A model generated the notes under the pieces. The model made no database searches. It was given only the letters and a program-made list of their open reading frames with translations, and was not told the origin of the DNA. This document shows positions 25,706-37,768 of a DNA stretch of 64,000 nucleotides, one piece after another. Each line of letters begins with the position of its first letter. Within the stretch, counting starts at the first letter, position 1. This DNA comes from Macrostomum hystrix (taxonomy: Eukaryota; Animalia; Platyhelminthes), in the NCBI GenBank assembly GCA_950097015.1, contig CATNEN010000038.1, forward strand, positions 10,478,001 through 10,542,000, read 5' to 3'. A program made the position numbers and the translations under genes.

Positions 25706-28700
25706 TCACAGATTAGCGGCCGAAGCGTAGGACGGAGGCGGCGGCAGCTGGCCGGAGCCGGCCGGATTAGCCTGCGCTTGGCTAGGATAGATAGAATAAT
25801 CCGCGAGGGCTGGAGCTTCTGACTCAGGCAGGCCTTTATCTACGCAAACACTCGGACCGCCAGCTATCAACGGTGGCGCATCGGGATACAGCGAATAGTC
25901 ACCAAGGCTAGGCTGCTGCTGCTGCTGGTTGGCTGGGTACGTGGTGTAGCTGTCCACAGCCGGAGGCGGAGCAGAAGGCACAACGGCGCCATTGCTGGTC
26001 GATTCGACGCCATAGGGCGGATAGAGAGGCTGCAGTTCAGCTGTTACTGGAGGCATATGGTCAATAGCGGTGGCAGCAGGCCCACCTTTGTCATGATGAT
26101 GATTGGCTGCAGCCTTTTGTTTAATCCTTCTTTCCTTGCGTTTTTTAAACAAGCAGATTAGTATGGCCACGCCTAGAAAGAAGAAGCCAATTGATAAGAA
26201 CACTGGCAAATATACTGTGCCTCCGCTGCTATTGCTGGAGGTATAGTAGTAGCTGGAGTACCGATAGCTCGAGTACGACCTGTAGTAGGAACTTCTGTAG
26301 GAGGAGAATCTGCTACCACCGCGAGCTCCACCACCTCGACCACCTCGGCCCGCGACACCTGATATAGAAGAGACAGCAAATGTTCCAAGGTAATAAAGAG
26401 TAAAACAAGTAAAACAATAAAGGTAATAAAGAGTGTGCAGGGTAATAATTTTTTTATTTTTCCAGTGTTTTTAGTTGAAACATCATAAATTACACTAGAA
26501 TCTTGACAAATTTAACAGACCCAACATTTTAGAAATGCAACTCGGAATTGCCTGTCCTATCAAAATTATAATTACATATGAGTATGATCAGTGGCGTAGC
26601 TAGGGGGGATGCAGGGATATATCCCCCCAAGTGGCAGAAAAATTGGGAGAGTATTTAAATATAGTCAATTTTTTAATTTTTCATTCATTTTTTTAATTTA
26701 TCCCTCATAAAAATGCCTAGCTATGCCCCATCTAGACTTTTATCTTGTTTCAGATTTTATATATACCTAACCAGAAAAAAACGAAGAACATATATAATAG
26801 GGATGCTTTTTAAGAAATTAAATTATTATCAATGTTTTTTATTTACTATTTAACTTGTCTAATATTATTTGTATGCAAAATATTATGAATATTCTATGAA
26901 ATTGTCTTGTTTTAAGAATATATATTCTGCATATATGAGCGGTTGCAATTTCTGTGCAACAAGACAACTTGCCAGTGCAGTATTCTAGCCTGAACTCAGG
27001 AATACTGTTGTGCTTAAATAGTAAATTGATTTTGGAAAGGTATTCCAACCTGTTAATTATTTTCTCTGTTTGAGATTGAACTTGTGATCCTCCAGTCCAG
27101 GAAAGCCCTGAAGACTGGGAGTGAGAAATTTGTAAAGCCTTAGAAAGAAACCGCTTATGCCTATATTAGACACTACCATAGAGTGATGAGCCCTGTTATA
27201 TAATAAATAATATAGCAAAAGTGAAACTAATAATATAGTCTGGATATTGAGTGAAATAACTTTAAAATATGACACATATTGACACATTGACATTATCATA
27301 TATAAAACTAATTTAGGGTAAAGTATCATCAACCAAACAGTGTATCTTCAAAACCAAACAAGAAATTTGACTTCTTCCTTGGTCTCATGCAAGACAGAAA
27401 CAAGCTATTGTGTTTCACAGAACAACTAATTTGAAAGTTGAAGAAATTATCTACAAGCTGAGGCATGATGTGCAATGAAGCATTAAGAGGAAAGAAAGAT
27501 ATTGATGTTTCAGTAGAAGTTAATTTTGCAAAAGCATACTTTTTAACAACATTTTTTCAGTATGTACTTTAGACGAAGATTGTATGTGGTTGCTTGCCAA
27601 TTAAATGACCATAAATGTAGTTATTTATAGAGCATGAAAAATGCTTTAAAATCACATAATTCATGATAGTTCACTCCTTAAAATAAGATTAAACCACTCA
27701 CTCAAATTGTAAAACCAAACATCAAATTCTCTGTTTGGTTTGAAGATACATGAAAATCATTGTTCGGTTTTAGATAAAAAGCAGGAATAACTTTTTTCTA
27801 TTTGATAAAATAGCAAAAGCAGATACTTTTTAGAAAGATGTAACTGTTTACTATAACTTGGCTTTTGATTTATCATCATATCTTAAATTGAAAATCTGTA
27901 GCTTAGGCTTGAAGTTAAAAAAATACACATTCTTGTTTGGTTGATGATACATTACCCTATTCTTACTAAACTTTCATAAACTTAAAACTCTACTTTCTTG
28001 ATCAAAGAATATGAACTATAAAAAGTTAAACAATTGCAACATTACTTTTGCTACTTAATAAATAAAATAAACACATGATATTTATAAAAGATATGTAAAA
28101 AACAGAAATTATATTGGCAATATCAAGTATACCAACTATACCTAAATCAGGGTCAAAACAAATATGCATAATTTGGTTCTCGAATTCTACACAATAATAT
28201 AAAGTCAATATAATAAAATGGAATATTGAGGTGATGTGAGGTGTGAGGTGAAAAGCTAAAGCTTTTCAGCTAAAGCTTTTCAGCTAAAGCTTTTCAGCTA
28301 AAGCTTTTCAGCTAAAGCTTTTCAGCTAAAGCTTTTCAGCTAAAGCTTTTCAGCTAAAGCTTTTCAGCTAAAGCTTTTCAGCTAAAGCTTTTCAGCTAAA
28401 GCTTTTCAGCTAAAGCTTTTCAGCTAAAGCTTTTCAGCTAAAGCTTTTCAGCTAAAGCTTTTCAGCTAAAGCTTTTCAGCTAAAGCTTTTCAGCTAAAGC
28501 TTTTCAGCTAAAGCTTTTCAGCTAAAGCTTTTCAGCTAAAGCTTTTCAGCTAAAGCTTTTCAGCTAAAGCTTTTCAGCTAAAGCTTTTCAGCTAAAGCTT
28601 TTCAGCTAAAGCTTTTCAGCTAAAGCTTTTCAGCTAAAGCTTTTCAGCTAAAGCTTTTCAGCTAAAGCTTTTCAGCTAAAGCTTTTCAGCTAAAGCTTTT

Positions 28701-29157
28701 CAGCTGAAAGGGTCATAAAATATGATAATTAGCACTTAACTTATAAAAGAAAAAGGTCTTGAAACAACTTAGGGCCTATTTAAATCATAAAATATCATAA
28801 AACAGGGGCACCAGTCATTTTACCTATTTAAATGCCATAACTTAAATTTCTTCACTTTAGTTGTATTAGGCCCTAGCATTTTAATAAGGGGCAAAGAAGT
28901 CATTTTTACATCGAAAATTAGCAGGTTAGGCCCTGGCCCCTTTAGTATAATTTTTATACAGGATGGTGGCTAGGGCCTACTTAGCACTACTATAGGCCAA
29001 ATAATATTTACACTGTTGTAGAGAACTAGATAAGAAAAAATAGGCCCTAAGCCTACATAAAATCAACTTGGAGTGTTTAACAGTTAAGATACTTACCACA
29101 GGAAAAAATAATCACCAGAAAGACTACAACAAATTTTTTTTTCCAAAAATAATACAT
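25706..29157 (-). CDS. Small type I membrane protein, family member C (237 aa); exons 29157-29097, 26358-25706
   Basis: Exon 1 MYYFWKKKFVVVFLVIIFSC with phase-1 GTAAGT donor; exon 2 after cag reads GVAGRGGRGGGARGGSRFSSYRSSYYRSYSSYRYSSYYY, TM, KKRKERR, GDYSLYP, ADYSIYP, PPPPSYASAANL. Confidence 0.85.
26590..26730. mobile_element. Short MITE (cagtggcgtagctagg ... cctagctatgcc)
   Basis: Imperfect TIRs; intronic. Confidence 0.55.
28249..28709. repeat. Homogeneous 14-bp tandem array (taaagcttttcagc), ~32 copies
   Basis: No variant units seen; lies in the intron of member C. Confidence 0.97.
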
Positions 29158-30550
29158 AATTTCTGTTGACTTTGTCGAATCAACAATCTTTAATCAGATA
29201 GTAGTAAAAACAGTTGTACCAGATGTAACAGAAAGTACAAAGGAAACCAGAAAACGATTGCCAAAACACTATTTTATATCCCAAGCGCGTTTTATAAATA
29301 CCACTTATTGTCATAGTCCATTTTGGATGACTTAATTAATGTTCACAGTAAATTAAATAAATTTAGTAAATTAAATAAATTTAGTTTACTGTATAAACAC
29401 AATGTTTACATTCTATTTAAATTATTAAATCTTGTACACTTAAACAAAGCGTTGTTGTAAAAAACTGCGCAAATGGTTGTTTTTAAACTAAAATGCAATA
29501 CCAGGTATAATTAATTATTTGAGCTATATGGTTTCAGTTATTATCGTTTCTAAACAGCGCAAAAATGACGACGTTTACAAGATATCCGATTCTAGTTTTT
29601 TGTGTCCATAGTTTGTGGTGTTCTCAGTTTTAGTTTAATTTTTTATAAACCTTCATTTCATCATTAATTTTCCACCATTAAATTTGGCGACCTTTTTGAA
29701 AATTAATTAGTTTCTTTAGAGCAATCAGGAATAAACTGATACGATATCGAAAGAAGGAGTGCTTTAAGTTAGAAGAGTTGTACACCGCTTTTTATTACAA
29801 TCGCCAACTTAGGCCACCATAGTAAACACGAGCAAAATGCTATGCTTAATATTTCAGGTTTTTGAACAATTTTATTTTAGTGAATTTCGCCGATATTAAT
29901 TCAATGAGATAGAAAATGACGTATTCGGCGTGCTAAAAATATTGTACGAGTACTGTGAGCTCGCTACCCACACGAAACTACACTAAACACAACAGAAAGG
30001 ATTGCACAGAAAAAACTGTGCGGGAATTGACAATAAAGTAATGGTTTTGTAAACAAAATTGAATTTAGTTCTGAAACCTGTCAAGTACTCATTTATAGGA
30101 AATTAAATATATTAGTGGCAGTAATTATTTAAGTTTAAATTTTTTTGGGAGAAGTGGCCTTTGCAAAGAACAAAAATAACTGGTCTGTTATTAGAAATTT
30201 CAACTAAACATTTTGAATTTTGTCATAAATTAGGTGACACAGACAATAAATCATATAGTGAATTTAATATACTACTTAGGAGTAGTATCAATAAACAGAA
30301 ATAGCTGCATACTACAAGAGACGAGTTGTGAATGCTGAATAAATAACAATGCGAAGTTAATAGGCTAACGGAACACGGGTGCAAAAAAACCAGAGACAAG
30401 AGAAGAGATAAAATTATTAAAACCGCAGTTAGAGTTAGGCCGAGTGCGCAAACAACAGCACAGACACAAGAAAAAATTGCCAGTCACTTGCAAATTGTTG
30501 CCTTCATGTTTGATTTAATTAGACCACACGAACCCCTGCTGTCACAGAGT

Positions 30551-31770
30551 TCAACGCTCGTCACCGCTTCCAGCGTCGTTTGAGCGAGACCTCGAGCGGG
30601 AACGCGAGCCGGCAGCCGAACCAGACCTAGAGCGTGACCCAGAAGCAGATCGGGACCTCGAACGCGACTTGTTAGATGCCGAGCGGGATCGGGACCTCGA
30701 CCGGGACTTCTCAGCAGAGCGCGACTTTGATTTTGCAGCACCGGCCGGCAGAGGCGACCGCGAGCGGGACACCGACCGCGAAGCTGATCGAGATTTCGAG
30801 CGGGACCTAGAGCTTCGGCCGCCGCCGCCGCCGCCGTTTCTATTAGCGCCAGCATCGTCGGGCGAGACGCGCCTACGCGATCGCTTCGGCGAGGGCGAAA
30901 CATTGTCACGACGTCGGCGTCCGGGCGGCGACCTGGACCTAGACGGAGTGCGAGATCGGGATCGCGAACGGGACCTGGAGCGGGAACGGGACCTGCGCGG
31001 TCGGCGATCCCGACTACGCGAGCGAGAACGCGACCGGGAACGGGATCCGGACCGGCCGCTCTCGACATCCGCCATCACCTGGATTCGCTTGCCGTGCCAC
31101 TCGTAGCCGTCGTACTTCTCGATGGCCCGCTTCATATCGGAACGGCTATCGAATTCGACAATGCCCTCGCCACGGTTGGGCCGGTGGGCGTCGGTGTACA
31201 TCACTTCGCCAGCGCGGCGCATCAGGTCCTGCGGGTGGCAACAATGTGTAACAATAATTCAAGTGGTGCTTCAAATAAATAATGGACACATAGATAATTG
31301 AATTTTTCAAATAGACCAGGATTGTTCAATCAAATGGTTCGTCAAAAAGATTAGTCCATAAATAATTGGACAGTAACATGCGCAGAGTTCCAGACCTTGA
31401 GATCCTGCCAGCTGACGCCGGTGCTCAGGTTCTTGACTAGTAGGCGATGCCGAGTCCGCACAGGCGGTCCGTAACGACCGCCGCTGGCGCCGCCGCCGCC
31501 ACCACCGCCGCCGCCGCCGCGAGAACGCCTCGGTGCGCCGTCGGACTTAGCGAACTCGAGGCTGATCCGTTCGCCGCAGAGTTCCCGGCCGCTCAGGTTG
31601 GCCACGGCATCCTCGGCGTCCCTGGAGGATTCCAGTTCGACAAAGGCGAAGCCGGTGCGCATGACAACTTCGACGCACTTGCCGTAGCCGCGGAAGAAAC
31701 GCTCAATGTCGCGCCTAGAGGCACGGTCGGCTACGCCGCCTAGGAACAAGCGCCTCTGACCTCTGGGCAT
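30551..31770 (-). CDS. SR splicing factor, SRSF4/5/6 (B52)-like; coding exons 31770-31396, 31228-30551
   Basis: RRM1 (RLFLGGV..GFAFVE), Gly linker, RYGPPVRT, pseudo-RRM SWQDLK|DLMR joined across a GT-AG intron, long RS domain. Confidence 0.95.
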
Positions 31771-33288
31771 GTTGCTGAGCAGGCTTTGAGCAGTTTACTT
31801 TCTGGGATGATCGGGACTCGAGACGAATCGCGTCAAATTAGCTGGAAAAGAAAAATGTTAAGAAGACACAAGGGGAAAGGTTAGCTCTGACTTAACACAA
31901 TGCATAATTTGTATTTTCAGACAATAATGCCCTTTAAATGTAAAAAACTGAATTTAAGTTAGTACATAAAACGGGTCGTCTTTTATAGACAAAAGCAATT
32001 AGCTATACTTTGCGCACACAAAATGACTCAACCAAGCTAACCTTCTAGAGATTTGTTTTTATTCCTGAATAATAATATTTATTCCTGAATATAATTAGCA
32101 TCAACAGCACAGCTCTACGACGATCGATCTAGAAGTCATTTATCCTGTGAAAAATGTAAAAAAAAATTATCCATAAGAACAAATGGCATTAATAAAGGTA
32201 TTGCTGACAGAATAAAATAATTTAAGACCAAAGCATGCATGTTAGTAGCACAGCTACTCACTTTAAACGTTGGCTCAAAAACTTTCTCATCTCAGTTTAA
32301 TCCCAGAACTCCCCTCCGCCAGAGCCACCGGCCGGAAAGCCAGTCAGACAGCCGGTCAGCCGGTTCAACAGAACCCCAGCGGATTCTCCTCCCCCATCGG
32401 TGATCAATCGAGATCAGTCAGGACAGCCGATCGATTGGAAAGTTACCGGGCTAAAAATTGACTTGTCCTTTTTTAATCTGGAGAAGAAGAATATACTTAC
32501 TCATGCATAATAATAAAGTATATTCTCTATCTCTATTCTATCTGCTCTCACTCTCTGACTGCAGGTTAATCTCCAAGGCCTCGCCAGTGGCCCAGGCAGC
32601 CAGGTCGGGACCACGCCAAGCTTTCAGCAGCCGATCTACGCCTGTCAGCCAGCCAGCCAGCCAGCCAGAAAATTTATTTCGAAAGTTGCGGAGGCGGCTA
32701 CAATAAAAAAACAATGTGCGAAGCCAATTGCAAACAACTGAATAGACTGTTATCACAAGTGCAGAGATAGAGAATGGGACAGAGAATCTAGATGAAGGGA
32801 GGAATACAGAAAGATGGGAGATTATAGATTAAAGAGAGATTTGAAAGATGATTAGATTAGAGATTAGATGAGAAATTGAAGGGTAGCATTAGTACGGCAC
32901 AGAGTGTACTCAGGATAGTCCCAGATCAATAGAATCCCTTCGCTGACCAGTTGATTGTTACAGAAATAATTGTATATACATACAACCATATACCAGAGAT
33001 TTTCAAACATAGGTTCTCACTATATCCAGAGAAAATAACGATTATAGATAAATAATTTAAATTATTATAAGTACGTACAAGTACATCAGGAGGCATTCAA
33101 ACAGATTTAATAAAGTGATAATTAAAACAACAAGAATGAATCGTTATTTTTTTCATACATAAAAACATGGTCGAGAATTGAAAGAGCTTGTGTTACATTA
33201 GATAAACAAGACAAGTGACAGAAGTACAGAAAGATGAAACAATGCCGGACTGCCCCATAACTAACAAACTGCCCGGCTCGGCAAGGCA

Positions 33289-34650
33289 TCAAACATCCGT
33301 CAGGAGGCCGTCAGTCAGGGAGGCGTTCGACCTAGTCGACGCTGTAGCCGAGCCGGCGCCAGACCGCCTGGACGCCGAGGGAGATGGCGACGGTCGGTAG
33401 GAGGCGCGCAGAGCTTTGTCGCCGCCAAAGACACCGCCAGAGCCAGCCGGGCAAGCCGAGCGCTTCAACAGCCTCCTGGCAGCCGGACTGAGGCCCATCG
33501 AGGCTGGCGATGGCGACTTGCCCCCAACGGCTGCGGCTTTTGCTTTAGCGGCGGCGGCATCGTTGACAGCGGCGTCGCGCTGGCGAGCTAGACGACGCTG
33601 TCGGCCAAGACGGTCGGCCAGTTGAACGGTGGGCATGGCGGGGATGCGGAAGTATGGCAGGCCAGACGATGAGGAACTGGGCGTTGCTGACCCAGCGCCA
33701 ACTGCGGGACTGCCGACAATGGACGCTTCGTCTAGACGACACGGTGTGCCATCGACGTTGCCCCAGGTCATTAGAGGCGATTCGCCGACGCCAGGCGAAG
33801 GCGACGGCGTTGCAAGGTAAGAGGCGGCTGCGGCAGCCGACGAGGAGGAATGGCCGGGTGTGGCCAGCTCTCGGCCGTCCGGACCAATTCGACCTGGCAC
33901 GCCCGGCCGACGAAAGACGCCATCGAATGCAGCCGGTGTCAAATCGACGCCTCCAGTGCCAGTCTGGCGTCCGAACGGGGCCTGACGAAAGCGCGTGTTG
34001 GCGTGAACAATCTGGCGCTGGGTCTCAGGCTGGGCCAGAAGCTTCGGTTTCGAGTCGTCAGCGTCGGCGTCATCAGGCGAGTACATGAGGGCGCTGCGCA
34101 CGCGATAGCCCGGCCAGGAGTCCAAACCAGCGGTGACGGTCGTGGAGGTTGACGTCACCTCAGCGGAGGAAGCGGAACCGGCGATGGCTGCCTGAGCTGG
34201 CGATTCCGAACTGTCGTCAGTAGCCGATTGGATGGCTTTCAAAGCCTCGGCCTGCTGATAGAACCAGGCGTATTTCAGTCGCCTGCGACGCTCGGACTCG
34301 TCTAGCAAGGCCTGAAATGAGGCATTGTCCTCAGAGGTGTTGCCAGTCAGGTAAGAGTCTAGGCCCGCAGTTGGAGGGTCAGAGCGCTGCTCAGACTGGA
34401 TGGGGGCCGCCTCACTGCCGACAGCGTCAAAAGAGCTAGCTGGCGTTGCTGCCAGGGTTGCCATGGCGACACAGCCAGCCCCACCGCCGGCCCTGGCATC
34501 CAGATAGCGCTGCTGCGCTCGCAGTCGGGGTAGGTCGGGATAAAAATCCCGTTCAACAATGGCCTCCAAATCGGCAAGGAAGTCTTCCTCGATGTGAACT
34601 TTAAGGCTGCGTGAGCCGCGGCTGCCACCAGCGTGTTTGCTGTCTGACAT
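33289..34650 (-). CDS. ESS2: Splicing factor ESS2/DGCR14 homolog
   Basis: EEDFLADLEAIVERDFYPDL, LDSYL..NTSEDNASF, SALMYSPD, IVHANTRF, TPSPSPGVGESPLMTWG.VDGTP, LSPAARRLL, DKALRASY. Confidence 0.93.
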   Translation of the reverse strand: MSDSKHAGGSRGSRSLKVHIEEDFLADLEAIVERDFYPDLPRLRAQQRYLDARAGGGAGCVAMATLAATPASSFDAVGSEAAPIQSEQRSDPPTAGLDSYLTGNTSEDNASFQALLDESERRRRLKYAWFYQQAEALKAIQSATDDSSESPAQAAIAGSASSAEVTSTSTTVTAGLDSWPGYRVRSALMYSPDDADADDSKPKLLAQPETQRQIVHANTRFRQAPFGRQTGTGGVDLTPAAFDGVFRRPGVPGRIGPDGRELATPGHSSSSAAAAASYLATPSPSPGVGESPLMTWGNVDGTPCRLDEASIVGSPAVGAGSATPSSSSSGLPYFRIPAMPTVQLADRLGRQRRLARQRDAAVNDAAAAKAKAAAVGGKSPSPASMGLSPAARRLLKRSACPAGSGGVFGGDKALRASYRPSPSPSASRRSGAGSATASTRSNASLTDGLLTDV

Positions 34651-36916
34651 TTATCTGATTTTACAACACAAGGCCTGACAATTATAGATGGCCGGATATT
34701 TATCTCTGGAAATGTAAATAAATAAATAAATTCAAAGAATTATGAAATAAATTTAGAAAATGTAGGTCTTTTTAAGGAATATATTCAAGTTAAGTAGATA
34801 ACAAATATATTCCATGCATTCATGCATGGCAACACACACCTAATCAATAGGTAAGTTCAGCAACAAATTGGTGATGGTTGAGCCTTGTCTTAGTTGATGG
34901 CAGCAATAAGTTTTTGGCAGTCGAACTGGGAAATTTTCGCTACCAATTTAACAAAAACAAAGGTAAAATGATACTGAACTAGATAGTACCTAATTTAATT
35001 AAATGCAAAATTTCAAAATGTAATTTGTTGAAATTTAGTGTCCTAAAAGAGAACTTTAGGAAACTTGTTTAAAGCAAACAAATTTCAAGCTGAAACAAAA
35101 ATACGAAACAAATAGTTTGCTTTACTTTTGAAAATTCAAAATAGAAAGTTGTAAAAGTTCTAAATTCATTTGAAAATCAAAAAAGAAAACCAAATACATG
35201 GAAGCAACATTACTATACAATAGGTCAACCTAAATCCAAAACAGTTCTGTTGCAACCAAAATTTTCCTGTTTCTGTATTCATATCTGTAGCTCCAAAAAT
35301 TTCTTATCTATATCAGTAACTAAAAAATTCCTATATGGATACATATGATGTAATTTGCTCTCTAACATATTATTTTATTTTAGGCACAACTTACTAAAAA
35401 AAAAATTTTCTAATTAATTTCTTTTCTACTAACCAAATTTATTTAATGCATAAAATGGTGCACAAAGAAAAGCTTTCACAAAATAAAAAGTTACAAAAAG
35501 TAGTCATTATATAGAATGAGAATTGAAAATTTCTATTTTGATTAGTCCCAAGTTATATGCTCTGAATTGAGATTGCATTTTGGGGCTTTGACATGGTTGC
35601 AAATCAAAGAAATAAAAAAGTTTCTTGTACCAAAATGGGGTACTGGAATTGCAAAATTTATTTACCACAGCCAATGAGAATTAAAGCATTTTCTGGGACC
35701 TAACAGGTTTGGGGTGAAACCCCAAAACCACTACCCAAGAACATGTATGAAGCATTGAAATCTTGAGAGCTTGATTCCCCAATGCCACAACATGGAATTA
35801 AGAGTTCCCATAATAGGCAGTCTAAAGAAGTGCCTTTGTTATAAATCCTATGACATCCTGTCTATCTTTCCACCCTAACAAAAGTCAACAGACTTTTGTC
35901 AACAACACCAAGGAATTAAGAGATCTCATTGTAGGCAGTCAAAAGCATTTTCACAAATTCAGTGAAATACTTTTTGTCATTAGACTTAATTAGGCAAGGG
36001 AGTGAGAAGTATGCACCATACAATGTGTGCATGTGGCAGTCCCAAATACCACGAATTAAGAGTCACCATTGTAGGCAATTGGGAAAGTTCTTCACAAACA
36101 ATGAGTGTTTTTATCTCTCCAGTGTTTTATTATTGCCATCCATATATCTCTATAATCATGCATATAGCATTGAAGTATTTAGTGGCTTGAGTTTGAAAAG
36201 AATTTTTAGTGAGCTGCATAAGTTGTTTGACTTGAGTTTTCTTTCTACATTTGCTTGTTGTCTCTACTGTCTCTGCATGGGTAGTTTTACCCACTTTAGT
36301 ATAAACTATATTTGAGAACTTAAGGTAGGCCTATAGAAAAAATACAGGAAATAAAAGTTCATGGAAGTGTAGCAGGGATGCTTTTGTCAATCTTTTTTTG
36401 AAAGTCAAATTTGTAACTCTTCTCTTTGTTTAAATGCACTACATATTTTTTATATGTAAAATATTATAAATATTCTGTTGAATTCATTCACTTTAACAAA
36501 CATTTTTGAGTATATAAATGGTTACTATTTTGGTAAGACAAATCAACTCACCAGTGTGGCCATATAATAGGCCTACAGTCACAGTATTGTGCTGAAATAG
36601 TAAAATTGATCTTGTAAGAAGTGTTCCAATGTGTTGGTTCTTTCTCTATCAAAAGATTGAGGTTGTGACCCTCCAGTCCAGGTGAGCCCTGAGTTCTGAG
36701 AGTGAAAGCCTTTGAAGGAGACCGCTTATGCTATAAAGAATTGCTACCATTAGAGTGTTAGACATGCGAAAGATAAAGTATTGCAGAGTAGGCCTATTCA
36801 AAGTTAAAATGGCATTTTTAGGGCCATCAGCCTAAAGTATGGGGAAATACATGCAGAACTAAGAGAGAAAGAAAAATTGTTAAGCCCTGTTACAAAAGCA
36901 AATCTTTATCCATAAA

Positions 36917-37197
36917 CATACATGCGCAAAACCCGGCCGACCCGGCCAAACCGGCCGGGTGAAATGAGGGCCAAGCAAGGTAAGTCGCAAAAACCAATCG
37001 ACCAAGCGCAAAAAAATCAAAGGGGGGACCAAGGGACAAAAAAGGAAGGCGTGAAGAAAAGGAAAAAGGGGAGAGAAAATGAAAGCAAATGAGAGCAAAC
37101 TAAGTTGTAAATAGAGCAATGAAACGAACTAAGTTGCAAATGAGAGCAAAAACTAAGTCACAAGGCCAGCTAAGATTTGGGAGGTTGCGCATGTATG
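36917..37197. mobile_element. 281-bp MITE with 13-bp TIR and 9-bp TSD
   Basis: catacatgcgcaa ... ttgcgcatgtatg flanked by perfect atccataaa (36908-36916, 37198-37206). Confidence 0.9.
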
Positions 37198-37732
37198 ATC
37201 CATAAATTTTGTCCAAAAAGCTCTATATCTATAACTTCAGGTAGCCATATCCAAAGCTACAACAGAACTCCATTAGTATAATCAAATATTGATTGCTGTC
37301 AACCAATTTTGAATTTTGTACAATGGTAGGGCCTAATTGAGCTCTAGGCTGTGGCTTTTAGTGCTAAGACTTGGCTTATAATAATAGGCCTAGCCTGTCA
37401 ATCAACTTATCCTAAATAAAAAATTAAAAAGTTAAGATTTGACTAGGCCTAGCTTGGTTTTTATTTTTTTTATAAAAACTAGCTCAGCCTATTTGCTCTA
37501 GGAGCAAACTTGTAGGATAGGAACTACTTTCTAGTTACATCCTTGATTTTGTAGGCCTAGGCCTAGCTATAAAAGTAGAAAGTAGTTGAAGGCTAGGCCC
37601 ATATCTTGTTGTTTGATTGCTGTCTTTATGCTTGGCACGAATTTCTAATTTTGACATTTTAGTTTCAAGTTGACCATCTCAATAATCAGTAGCCTAGTAT
37701 GCGTAGGCCTCATTTTCTTTGTTATTACTTCC

Positions 37733-37768
37733 TTAGGGTTAGGGTTAGGGTTTAGGGTTAGGTTAGGG
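37733..37768 (+). repeat. Interstitial telomere-like (TTAGGG)n
   Basis: About 6 imperfect units. Confidence 0.7.

Noticed and set aside
26280-26358. Homology to prion-family Shadoo (signal peptide + KGGRGGARG)
   Set aside because: Only low-complexity resemblance; no hydrophobic Ala tract or GPI signal, and these proteins have a TM and cytoplasmic tail.
711-28709. CRISPR-like arrays
   Set aside because: Repeats are contiguous with no unique spacers; eukaryotic context; no cas genes.
30484-31106. Overlapping alternative and antisense ORFs over GC-rich genes (here and elsewhere)
   Set aside because: Shadow ORFs expected from GC-rich, repetitive coding sequence.
37733-37768. True telomere or fusion site
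   Set aside because: Only ~6 imperfect units, one orientation, internal position.
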